DNA from: Ruditapes philippinarum
Lineage: Eukaryota
DNA length: 64,000 nt
Reading direction: 5' to 3'
Assembly: GCF_026571515.1 (NCBI RefSeq)
Contig: NW_026855204.1
Span: 248,001 to 312,000 of the forward strand
Below the pieces are notes generated by a model. The model saw only the letters and a list, made by a program, of their open reading frames with translations, did not search any database and was not told the DNA's origin. Both the position numbers and the translations under genes were made by a program. This document shows, piece after piece, positions 14,001 through 25,820 of this stretch (positions are counted from its first letter, which is position 1; each line of letters opens with the position of its first letter).

Positions 14001-15604
14001 CCACAAAACCTAATGTACTCTAAATAATGACTATAATTAAACGTAATCGGAACATAAGGGAACGCTGGACATCATTCTAGTACAACAGAACGAAGTTTTT
14101 TGGCTTCGTATACAGCAAAAAGTAGCATATGAAATTAAATGAAATACATGTAATCGTCAGTCCCACTCAAGTTTCATCTCTTTAAAAATTATATAGATGT
14201 TTTTTTGGTTTGTTTTATTTTTTTTACTTTTTTTTACTTTTTTTTGATAGATCTAAATGTCTGTTAGATCTACCTATCTATAAATGTTTTTCATTAAGTG
14301 GGATATGATCTACAAAATGATGCTAAACAAGGTCACAAATGACAAGAAATATGTTACATATATTACAGCGTAATAACTGATCCGATAATAGTGCAGAGTA
14401 CCAAAGACACCAAATTAGTTCAAGGGAGATAACCCAAAAGTTTTTTATAAGTAGCTTGTAAAACTGTAAGAATTATCTTTTCTTATAAGATCAAATTTTG
14501 TTTTGGTTTTCAGCATCTCCTTTATCAGAGCTATTCTTGGTTCATATAGCTTCTGTTGTGGGTTCAGACTCACAACTGATCTTACAACTTGGGCTTCCTC
14601 AATCGGTCACGGATGAGATTAGGCACACTATACGTGAACCAGTATCTGCAATGTTTAAGGTATTTTCTGGTGCTATCAGTACGTTCACATCACTAAGTTT
14701 AATAACTAATTATTGTTGATGGACGTTTATGTCAAAAGATTTTCACGAAATATTATATTTGTAAAAGCCTTGAAGTATCTTACTTAAATTTAAGAACTGT
14801 TCTAGAAGTAATATCTAAAAACAATAAACAATGCTAACATTCTTATGTTGGGTGTCACCTTTAATAAAAGAAGTGTGTCGTGACTAATTGTTTTTCAACA
14901 CTTCTATTAATGTTTTTTTTTCAGTGTCTACTTCTTGCACAAAGGCGGTATAGTGATTCTGTTGATTTTTTCAAAGATCTTTTGGAAGGACTGACAGTGC
15001 AGGGTAAAATACATCCAAAAACGGAAATAAAAGAATTATGTAGAAAATGGTGAGGAGTTAATTAATTCCAGTAAAAAAATATTTATCATATGTTTTTGGT
15101 TATTTTGAACGATCTTTTCTCCAAACCTAACAAAATTGTTAACAAAACCATCCGCAGTGGTAAAAAATGAATCTCATTCTACCGATATAATTAATAATTA
15201 TGAATACAAAACGCTTCTTCTTCAACCATTTTAAATAGTTAAACAAATAGAGTATTAGATTTTGTAGTATATAATTAACCCAAATCAGTATGACGATTAT
15301 TTTCACATTTACGCTTTGATTCAGCGATTTAATCGCTTTTTTTAAATGCAGTCTTCCAATAGCAAGTGTCGTCTGCAGTTAGACATGTACTTGTAATCAA
15401 ATAGTTTGCTTTATCTTCTTAAAATATTTTATGATATACACGTAGTGCGATTAGAAGTTAATTATACCAATGTCCAATTTTAAAACAATTTGTGATTTCG
15501 AATCATATTGAATTTTTTTTTTATTTTTCAGGTTTAAAATAAATAGTTCATACAAGAACAATAGACAGTTACAGAAACTCGAACACGTTCTGGACACATA
15601 TTGA
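5042..15604 (+). CDS. Ankyrin-repeat, ZU5/UPA-like, twin death-domain protein (~905 aa, 15 exons; PIDD1/DTHD1/ankyrin-like architecture)
   Basis: Exons with consistent phases: 5042-5161, 5784-5882, 7017-7115, 7648-7749, 8379-8461 (GC donor), 8893-9247, 9758-9955, 10377-10660, 10927-11468, 11826-11968, 13024-13151, 13710-13930, 14514-14659, 14925-15049, 15532-15604 (TGA). Exons 2-4 are 33/33/34-codon phase-0 ankyrin units (TGCTALHLCC...LLLEHGA; FGMAPIHYAA...LVAYGADVN; RLTPLQIAS). The middle has ZU5-like motifs (KVQLPNTCLP..LSLKV; LAISLPVP). Death domain 1: FLSWLAQEIGHEWMMIGIGLGL...MLYTWR...RKDLV. Death domain 2: LSELFLVHIASVVG...LQLGL...SAMFKCL. Confidence 0.8.
6095..6260 (+). repeat. ~13-14-bp minisatellite (GTGTCATATGTGG)
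   Basis: About 11 degenerate units, in intron 2 of gene 1. Confidence 0.75.
6660..6886. mobile_element. piggyBac-like MITE (TTAA|CCC...GGG); relatives at ~23825-24028, ~35493-35670, 44794-45002 and ~56990-57180
   Basis: TTAACCCT..CAGCAGGGTAAGGGTCAA ends; internal AAATGGACTG/TCCATT motifs shared with the other copies. Boundaries approximate. Confidence 0.55.
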
Positions 15605-15792
15605 ACACGAACGAAAATAGATTTGAAAATTATATATCACATAAAAACATGGCAGTACAGAAACAGAGCAGTCAGTCAGAAATATTGGAGATGTGGAATA
15701 CGTGTTGAATGGACCGGAAGTTTTAAAATTTACGTCTGTGCGATTATATCTTTGTTAATAATTTTGATTTTTTACTTCGCATCAGCTAAAAT

Positions 15793-18700
15793 TTAAATAG
15801 TTCTTGAATTTGAATGCTCTTTCCACGGCCATCCAAGACCATTGTCACAGACAACTTTCACAAATATTTTTGATTCGTCTAGTGCTGGAACGCCAAATTC
15901 ATTTTGTATCCAGTGTGATTTTGAGACAGCTTTAGCATTATTTCCAAGTATCTGTGGTGCTCTGTTGTCCACACGCAGCGCACCTTGGCATGGCCTATAT
16001 GAGCCCGAAGAACTACTTTGACAGAACATTTTGCATATCCTCCCGCAAGAATCGTATGCAGAAAGTAGTACCTCAGATGGTTTCACATCGGGTGTCTTTA
16101 TAGCAATGTACATCATTGATGACGTTACTGAAACGTCATTTTTGATATGGACGATATCTTTAAATAGACCTTGGTAGTTCAGTCCATTTGACTCGACATA
16201 TACACTCAAAGGAAGGTCGTTATTATCGCACTTTGGATAAACCGCAGCCTTCGCTTTCTTCTGTTTTCTTTGCTGTCTTGTCTCTTTACTAACAAAAATG
16301 CTTAACGGAAGATAAGACCATAGATTTCTATTTGTTACCCCATTTATATTAAAGTTATTTACATATTGATCGTTGATATTTTCCCTTTGACATTTGACGT
16401 CAACCGCGTTTTCTATTTGCTGCATATATGTATTGACATGTTTATCATTGTGAATAAATAAATTATCTGTGTTCGGAGCATTCCTTCTTTTCCTTAATGG
16501 AGTCAGTTCATTTACATCAAATACCTCATCTGGTGGGGTATCAAATAATGACGCCGCTACACACTTTGGTCTGTCTTCAGATGTGTCACATCTGATATAA
16601 CGAGACCCACATGTCGGAGTTTCGTTTGAACAGGTAGGCGGTAGCTGATATGTGTACATCTCAGTTGTGAAAATATCACTTAGGGCATGTCTGTTTAGAA
16701 GATTACCAAAACCAGATGGATCGTCATATTCGTGTCCAGGCGGACCGGTGTCACTAAATGGATAATCTGTCGTTGGATCAATACCACGTCTCCTCTGAAT
16801 ACGACGGAAAAGTTCCCAGATAAGATCTATAAATGAATGGAGAAGAAGAAATATCGGGTCATAACCGGCGAGCGCTTGAGGTGCCATGTGGCCCCCAACC
16901 CATAGATGCGGTTCTCCGTGGTGATCTTCAATATTAGCTATAGGCTCTGCTTGTGGATGAGTTATCTCAGCTATATGACTTTTACTAAATGTATCACGGA
17001 TACTGGTCCAATTCATCATGGTACCGCCGTCACCAAAATTTCGCATTAAAGGTCCATACGGCGTTGCCCATCCAGCAAATGGTCCTGTTTTCACACGTCC
17101 GTTTCCATTTCCCATGAATTCTGGTGTCCATATCAGAGAGGCTCTTTGATCAACTAAATGTAAGTCTAGTGTTGAGTCCCAATACGGAATGGTCACAGAC
17201 GGAACTTTCTCTCTTAGCGCATTTTCTGCCCTGTTGCAAAGTAAATAACAATTCTGGTAACAGAAATCATTATATAATAGTTCTATGGAAATAGAAAGCA
17301 AATGAAGAATTGAACATATGAATATATGAATATATCAACAAATTAACTTTTGAATCTTTACATATTACAGCTGATCTATTTACATAGAAATATCTACATT
17401 AAATAAAACATTAAAAGTATAAAACAAGTAAAAAATTGCGCGGTATGTTTTTATTTCATTCATGTTTTAAAAATAAACTTACAATATAATGAATAATCTG
17501 TGCCAACCAAGAAAATTAGGACCGTCGTGAGCTCTTTCTCCTAACAGTTCGTGTAGTCGACCTAGTGCATCAAATCTGTTTGGTGGTATAGTCTGTAATA
17601 CAAAACATTGCTTTATGCAGCCCTTATATCGAAGTATTAACCTCTATGTAAAACAATGGATCACGTATTTATGAGAGTATGTCACAACTTTCATTTTTTC
17701 TCCAGTTTGCAATCATGATTTTGATTTATATACAAATTTTCACAAGGAATATATTGAGAATATACCTCGCACAATCATTTGATTAAAAGAAACAGTAGAA
17801 TACGAAAAAGAAATTCCTATAGAGTCTATGATTATTATAAACATTTTGCTAAATCATTAGAATAGTGCATACCCTGTCAGCTTTCAACATATTTATTGCT
17901 CTATGAAAAAGTCGTCTCTCTAAATCACTTAGTAAACGATATTCTCGGCGGATTCTCAGCTGTCTTACTGGAGGGCGGCGACGTACTGCCTGCCGTCGAG
18001 TACGACGTCTCTTTTCTGCTTCCCTGAAATATGTAAGGGAGTTGAAGAATGTTATAACAAGACAATTATAAATAAAAAACATTGGAACCCTTTAAGTCGG
18101 ACGTTTACAGGATGGTTCAGATGGGAACGAAGCATTGATATATCAAAACAGAGATAGAAATACTTAATGTGATGCACATTTTGTTGTAAAATTGACATTG
18201 GAAACTTTCACTTATCGTCTTCATTTTAACCTATGAAGATAATCATTGGTAGAAAACTAGATGGATAATCTTTCTCTCCTCCGTCGAAAGGTTTCTGCCA
18301 TTTTATACGGCATTACCAAACTCGATGTGTTTTTGGGCAAGAAGTAAGAAATATGATAAACAAGATCAACAAGGAAAGGCGGTGTTCAATAAGAAGACTA
18401 CATTGTATCTTTACCTGTAGCTTGTGTGTATCAGATCCGCAAACCATTTCATGGCAACTTTCGGCATCTGTTTCTCGCTTGCTCCTACCCTTGTCCAAAG
18501 CGATCCATGCACGCAATGCCAAAGTAACTTCTCTCCAATATGCACTGTCAAATTACCTACAGAGTAAATAAAAGAAGTGATTTTAGTCGATTGTTATTTT
18601 TGTTGAGTCAGAATATTTAAATATCGAAGAGTCGTATATGCAGATAATTGGGTTTTATCTTACAAATATTTGTCAGTAATAATATTAATTACTGCATTCT

Positions 18701-19417
18701 TCAAAAACATCTGTATGAGTTCAGGTAAATATTGCGTTCCGAAGTGAATAATTCAATAGCTGTGTTAGAATCTTTTCTACGGTCACTGTCGAGTTCTATA
18801 GGATATCCTATCATGAATTATTCCGAAAAATTAAGTCATGAGTAAGAACTTGTGTGGAACCACCGTTCTTCCTTGTGTAAAACGGACACATGATTCTCAT
18901 AAAGCATCTAATACCATTGAAAGATAAATGAGAAGTGGTTAGCGAACACTCATTCGTAGTAGTTATATAAACAATATAAAGATAAATCATCGTGGTGTTG
19001 GTAGTTTTAACTCCGGATCACAGCAGTAAGCCAAATTGAATTTACCGCCGCATCGTTCCTGGGATGGAAGGCTGTTCAGCAGTTTAACAGTACTAGCGAC
19101 CTTCACTCTCGCAAGCAACATATGTACATGCCAGAACAATGGCACAGTGCAAATTACCGTAGAAAGGATTTCATGATAATTCACAACGAAAGTGACCTGC
19201 ACCTCCGGGAATCAAACTCGGGTCGCCCGATTCACCGTTCAACGCTTTACCTATGGAGCTAACCTGGCGGATTTTTTATAAAGATACATAAGTACGTATA
19301 CCTACCCTTTTTATACTGCCTGTCAAAACAACTTTGAATATCTGGTGGGAGTGGAACTTCCTCTATACTTGCACAAACTACACGTGCAGCGGCAACAGCA
19401 AGAAGTAACCTCAACAT
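15793..19417 (-). CDS. Tyrosinase-family (type-3 copper) protein A, secreted, ~650 aa, 5 coding exons
   Basis: Exons (minus): 19417-19306 (signal peptide MLRLLLAVAAARVVCA), 18556-18415, 18023-17873 (RIRREYR), 17592-17483 (CuA: H..AHDGPNFLGWH), 17230-15793 (PYWDS, CuB EDHHGEPHLWVGGHM..DPIFLLLHSFID, C-terminal DSCGRxC domain). Phases 1/2/0/2 are consistent. Confidence 0.92.
18986..19270 (-). mobile_element. Second tRNA-derived SINE family, in intron 1 of tyrosinase A
   Basis: Minus strand CCGCCAGGTTAGCTCCATAGGTAAAGCG (A box) ... GAGTTTGATTCCCGG (B box), followed by a non-tRNA body. The 3' boundary is approximate. Confidence 0.6.
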
Positions 19418-21704
19418 TTTGCACCTAATGAGTAGTAATAGTTTAAATTCAATGTTATTTCTATATGCTGTGGTAAGATTTTAACGCCTTACTACAGTGC
19501 AAGGGAGAATAAAATATATACTTTTAAAAAATATATTGTATTTTTGTACGGTTCAAATGAGTTTCAACGTTCATCTTTTACAGATGCGAATAAAGTCTTC
19601 AATGTGACTTTCTTTTAAAATAGTGTTACCTCAATCTTGTTTGTATGTTTGTTGTCTTTATTGTGTTGTTAAACATATGTACTGTACATGGAATGTATTG
19701 TAGTATTCACAATGTCATAATTATTTTTACATTTTGTTCTGTGTCTATTTATAGAAAATTGTACAAATAGTTTATCCTTTCTTTTACTCTATATATCTAA
19801 GTTATGATTTTATGCGTTCTACTTTAAGTTATAGATAAATAACCAGACTGTTTATATTACATATTACGTTATCATAAATATGATGTAATACAAAATTTAA
19901 AAAAAAAAGGTTTGCAATGACTTTTTATGACTTGGATATTATTAAATTTCACAACTTTTGTGTCCTTGAGTCTGTTCATTGGCGGTAATGGAAAGTTCAA
20001 GATACCGTTCATGCCCCCTTGCACCGGCTTAAGCAGAATTTAACATTTAATCATGGTAATAGTGAAATTTTGAATTTAGAAACATCCACAGATGTTTTTA
20101 TACGGCGGTCATCATGGAACGTTAAATGTAAAATAACGCAGAAATTCTGCAAAAGTGACACCGAATTTTAAACGAGCAACACGGTAAGTAAACTGGATCT
20201 TATATATCAAATTGGAAGAAATTAATCATAAAATAATGCTTTAACGACATTTTTTTAAACCTCATTAAAAATCCAAGGAAAAAGTTGGCCTCTCAAGATC
20301 AATCGTAACAATGACCACCTGACTACCATTTGGAAGACGACTTTTGTGTGGCCACCTTGTCTATCATACCTCTTTGCATATTTTCTTTCAATTTGATATA
20401 CTACTGGTTGATACGGCCATATATTGCACAGGTCAGGTTGGTGTTACTTTTGCACAATTCCTGTGTTATTTCCACATTATACTAAACTCTGCTGTACTAA
20501 AGCTTTAAGCAACTCAGCCAACCGTCGAGTATGCATCCTAAAATTACCACGGCAGTTTTAATAACATGAAACAGGATTAGTTTGTCCAGATAGAACGACT
20601 GGAACCCAATAGTCAAAGTGTTGAAAAACATTGTAAAAGATCGGTAAAGATATCATACACCGAAAGAATTGGTTATAAAAAACGGTTTTAAAAAATATTT
20701 TGGTTAGAAAAATTATGGAATTTGATACCACATAGTCCTGGTCTTAGATTTAAACAACTATTTTGTATAGTATAATAATATAAGTACCAATAACATCGAT
20801 GCATGAAATCAAAATTATTATATCCTGACAAAATCAAAATATATAAACAACTGGTATAATTATTGTCTTTACAAAATAGATTATTAATTTGACTATAAAA
20901 AATATGCCAAATTCAAAAAATGCCAATTGATACCGTCGCTTCTATTCCACCAGTGAAATACACATTTTGAAATTGATCACTATTTGATATGAAACATTTT
21001 AATGAGCACGGACATTCAATGATTAATTGATGTTAACCATAGCGATATCCCCCAAACATGTAAATCAACCAATTAGGCATTTTGCTGAGTGCTTATTCTA
21101 GTGAAACAAATGAATTTATAAAGATAACGAGTATCAATGCGAGATACAAATATGTATTTGTTGATTTTAAATATCTTCAAATGTTTTTTGTTAATCATTT
21201 TTTTTGCACGTGACAGAAGAAATGGTTTTGTCTTTAAGTTTACAGCAGTACTAGTTTATTCGTTAAGATTTTTGACATTTATCCTCATATTACATGTTGT
21301 ATGCATGTTTGAGTGAATAAAAAATATGTTTCTGTTGTTGTTTTTGTTGTTGTTGTTGTTGTTGTAAGACGTCTTTCATTGTGTTTCCCACATTTCACTG
21401 TTTTAATTGTAGTGATTATACAGCAAAATGAGTGCAATTAGTTATAAGGTGTTGCCTTGTCAGTCAAACGAAGTCAGTAAAACAGAACTTATCGGATTTA
21501 TTTTTTAATGATTGGTATTGTAGTATTGAGAATTCCAGTAAATGCACGAATTATAGATTATTTAAATATAATTTTTGTTTTGAAACATTTCTTGTAAAAA
21601 ATACATCAACAATTTTTACAATATATGATATTTTTTTTTAACAAGAAAAAACAAATGTAAATTGGGAGTTGGAATAGCGTCGAACTTAACAGGCGTATCT
21701 GTAC

Positions 21705-21780
21705 TCTGTGTCATAGATCCATTGGTGATGAATTTCATTATATCTGTGTCATAGATCCATTGGTGATGAATTTCATTATA
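21705..21780 (+). repeat. Perfect 38-bp tandem duplication
   Basis: TCTGTGTCATAGATCCATTGGTGATGAATTTCATTATA x2. Confidence 0.9.
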
Positions 21781-24074
21781 TTTTTAGTTTTTAAAAAACC
21801 TAACTATTTAAAGAAACATAATATACATTCTGTTGATCTACCTTTGAACACTAATGTTAACAGTCCATATTACAAACAACTTTATTTCTTTATTAAAGAA
21901 ATTATATTAACCTTCAAATGAGCCAAAAATTGCATAAATTATTGTTGTGGAGAACTCAATTGAGGTATTTGATGTAATATCGACTCTCCTGCAATATTTA
22001 AGTTAGAAATTTATATAATCATGTTATATTGGCACTGTCTGATTCTGAAGCCTCATTTATTATGTTATTGTATTATTTCCCCATGTTGTCATGCTTGCAT
22101 GATCTTCGTTGAATAAATAAATAGAAATTGAAATTGTGATATTTCAAACATTATTTCAATATAATTGGAATTACTTTTATATGACAATTATCTTTAACAA
22201 AATTTGCTATGCGTTTGCAATTAAATTTGCTTCATTCATTTTTTGCCGGAGTGCTGCCAAACTATAATTAACAAAAAGTGAACATAAAATAATTCCCTTG
22301 TCGGGAAGTGTACCTGAGTAATTGAACATTCATTTATGACAATTGTAAAAGTTATTACTCAATAAATATAGTGGTTAACAAGTCGTTATTGCTAGCGTTA
22401 TTTTGTAAGTATTATAATATCTTGTGATGATGGTAATAAAGTTAAAATATCAAAGAAATTGTAAAGGAGTGGAGACGTGTACATTATTACTTTACTTTTT
22501 TTATTTAAGCATTACATTTACTTGGTTAACAGTGTTTTTTTCAGGTTTGATAAAAGATGGCATGCATTTATAAATGAGTAAATTTTAAATATCGTCATTT
22601 GGGAAAGACTGTAATATGGTTGTAAGTACTTTCCCATAAATGTGAATGATTGAATTAGAGACAATATATGTCTTGGACAGTTTGTTATCTTCTATTCTTA
22701 TTGAAATGATAGAGGACCCCTATCTAAAATAACGATTGACTGATACGTTTAAAGCTCTAATTATGACATGAAAATATTTTCATGTATCAACTTAGGAAGC
22801 TGAATAAAGCGAAACATGTTTTGATACTTAATTTTGTGTTGCTTTTTGATCCAATTGTCCTAAGAAAATATTTTGAAATACAAGTTTTGCAGCGGAGTTC
22901 ACACGAACACATTGAAAGCAATTTTCAAAATTATTAGCAAATATCATAGGGCTGTTACCTAACCAAGTAAAATAATAATATATTTAAAATGTATGTATAT
23001 TTTAATTAAGAATCGCAATAATATTATCTTTATATTTAAAAATAAAATCTAACTCATAATATATATCAACCTTTTAAGTGACCATACCTTATGATAAATG
23101 AACTGAAAGGTTGTACAGTTAAAATAATACAGGACTTATAGCTGAACCTTGTAAAAGTCCGAAATACATATGTAATGGCGAGAGGAGTCTCAATTTTCCT
23201 TTCATGATCGGTCGTGTTTAACCTTATAGTAAAGAAAAATGTATTTTAACGTGAACATTTTTATCGTTATAGAATTATGGCTTATCATGATGAAATTAAA
23301 ATGAGCTGTTTGATTAAAAGAAGATTGATAGTAAATAAGAAAATATACGTACATGTCTCTATTGTGTCCAGTAAATTTAATAAAGAAATAAATCAATATG
23401 AATTATTGAACGCATGTAAGATAAAATCATTTAAAATGCGTTGAAACAGAGTTAAAAGTATTGAAAATTTCACTCTTTTACAGAAATAATTCGATTTAAT
23501 CCGATTTTACCACTTATATCAAATATTCCAGTGCATTTTACCCCAAAATATCGTTTAAACGTATCCGAGAGGAGCTACTAAAAGCATTGTGTACTGTAGT
23601 CGAACTTGTCTACTAATACTTGCTAGGTCAAAGGTCGGTTATAAAATAATTAACAAGATAAATAAAACATATTTATTGCTAATAGCGCATAAAACCAGAC
23701 TACAATGACATTTGCAATTGACAATTGATTACAACATATGTTTGAGGCATGTCTTGGCTAAAATCAAACATCCATAAATTCAAATGTTTCCTTTTTCTGT
23801 CACGTTTTGAATAAACTTAGATTAAATTATAGCCTGCTGGCAGTGACTAAATCTTCCAGTGCGACAAGTGCAGACAACGATCTGTCGGCACCGTGCCGTC
23901 GGATTTTTGTCAGCAGTGTTCGTTCGCTATTCAGTCAAAACAGTTTTTGAAAATTTCCCTTAAATTTATTAATGGTTAAGTCCATATTGAAAAAAAATCG
24001 TTTCATATTTGTGGCTTGTTAAGGTTTAAAGAAACAACTTTAAATGTGTTTTATTTTGTTTGTTTGTTTTCAAG

Positions 24075-24307
24075 ATTGGGTTTTACGTGACACCGACACA
24101 GTATAGGTCATATTGCGACGTTCCAGCTTTTCTGGTGGAGGAAGACCTCAGGTGCCTTTCCGTGCATTTTTTTAGCACGAACGGGCACCTGAGTAGAGCC
24201 ACCGATGTTCCGTAAGCTAGCTGGATAGCTTCCTCACATGAAAGAGGTGGGGGGGGGGGCAAGTGGTTTGAAGTCAACTACCTTCACCACTAGGCCACGG
24301 ACGCCCC
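24075..24307 (-). mobile_element. Second copy of the same SINE, with a deletion in the head
   Basis: Same central block and GGGGCGTCCGTGGCCTAGTGG head as 2867-3208; the B-box region is missing. Confidence 0.82.
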
Positions 24308-25820
24308 TACATGTGTTTTATTGCTTTAATTAAAAGCATATTATGCCTCAGAAAGGAAAACATTACTTCCTTGCATAGGGCAAATAGGAGTTTTTTTACA
24401 TTTAAATATTTATTTGAGAGTATGTTAGATGCTTGTAACATGAAGAAAGTAGCGATAAATGTGAAATAATTTGTCATAACTGTAGCAAAATGGTAAGCAA
24501 AGTAGTATTTTGACTCCCGAAACAAAATACTGAACCACTTTTACTGTACTAATTACAAAGAAAAAGAAATAGATGAAAAAGATGGTTAAGGTGATTGGCC
24601 AATGAGTATTTTTTTAAAAAATTATAAAAGTACACCAAAAATAAGAAGATTTTTAGAAATAAAATTAACGCATTTCTGAGGCATAATAGGTCTTTAAGGA
24701 AAACTAAGATATGTTAAAGATAAAATTGCTTATACAATTGAATGTGTGTGCGTTTCGTAAATATCTAAGGTTATAGTGACTTATTGTTGTCCATTTGTAC
24801 TGTAGATGAACCATTCACAAAACATAAAAACTACATTAATGAAGCCTATTTTTTTCACTTATACCTGTTACATTTTATGTCAGTTTAACTAATTTCAGTT
24901 GTCAGACACAGTCTATTTCATGCACAGGAATATACAAGTGTTAGAATTATTCATTCAAAGGATGACAAAAAATATAAGTACGCTTTTCAGTCTTTTGAAA
25001 AATATTAATTTAAGAAAAACACAAACCTATAATTAACAATATTTCACGAATCACATAACAAACAGGTGTTCTTTACGTGGAATGTCTTAAAAGGGTGATT
25101 TAAGATTCATAACCAAGTAAATGATTCTTCTTGCGCAATAATCAGTCATTTTAGCACCTATTGTTTTTATATTTATACTCTCATGTATAAAATATATATA
25201 TATATAAATATAGCATGTATAAAAGCAATGATAACTCTGTTTAAATATTTACTTGGTCAGTTTTGTATTTAAAGAAAATACCTTCAATGAAAAGGTACTG
25301 TCTACCTTGTTTGCTACCAATATTTAGCTAGACTGATTTACTACGTCAAACTTCATATAAAATGTTCAATGCATTCGTAAAGAAACATGGGGAAACCCAA
25401 TGGAGGAACAGTTATTCCCCTTACTTTACGCAATGATGAATTATTCACTTCGAATGTCAGATTAAGGATTTAGATGTTCATATCCCTTTATTTATTGGCA
25501 ATGCCCATCGTATCACCAAATGATGTCATCAAGGGGCGACAATTTGAATCAGGTCATAAATGAAAGTATCTGTATAGTACTTAGATTACGAAAAAACTTG
25601 ACATATATTATAAAAAAAAAGATCTGTCAAGTGTTAATTTAATTAAAAAATACGACATACAAGTAAAATTCATTTTAATGGTTAGTTCAGTGTATATCAT
25701 TTTCATCATTTGTATACTATCATCATCAAAAATGTGATTTAGTAGATTTTTATATCAATTTATTTTCAATACGCATTGAAATTATAAACAACTCAGTTTT
25801 AAATGTCCGATGGTTGTCCT

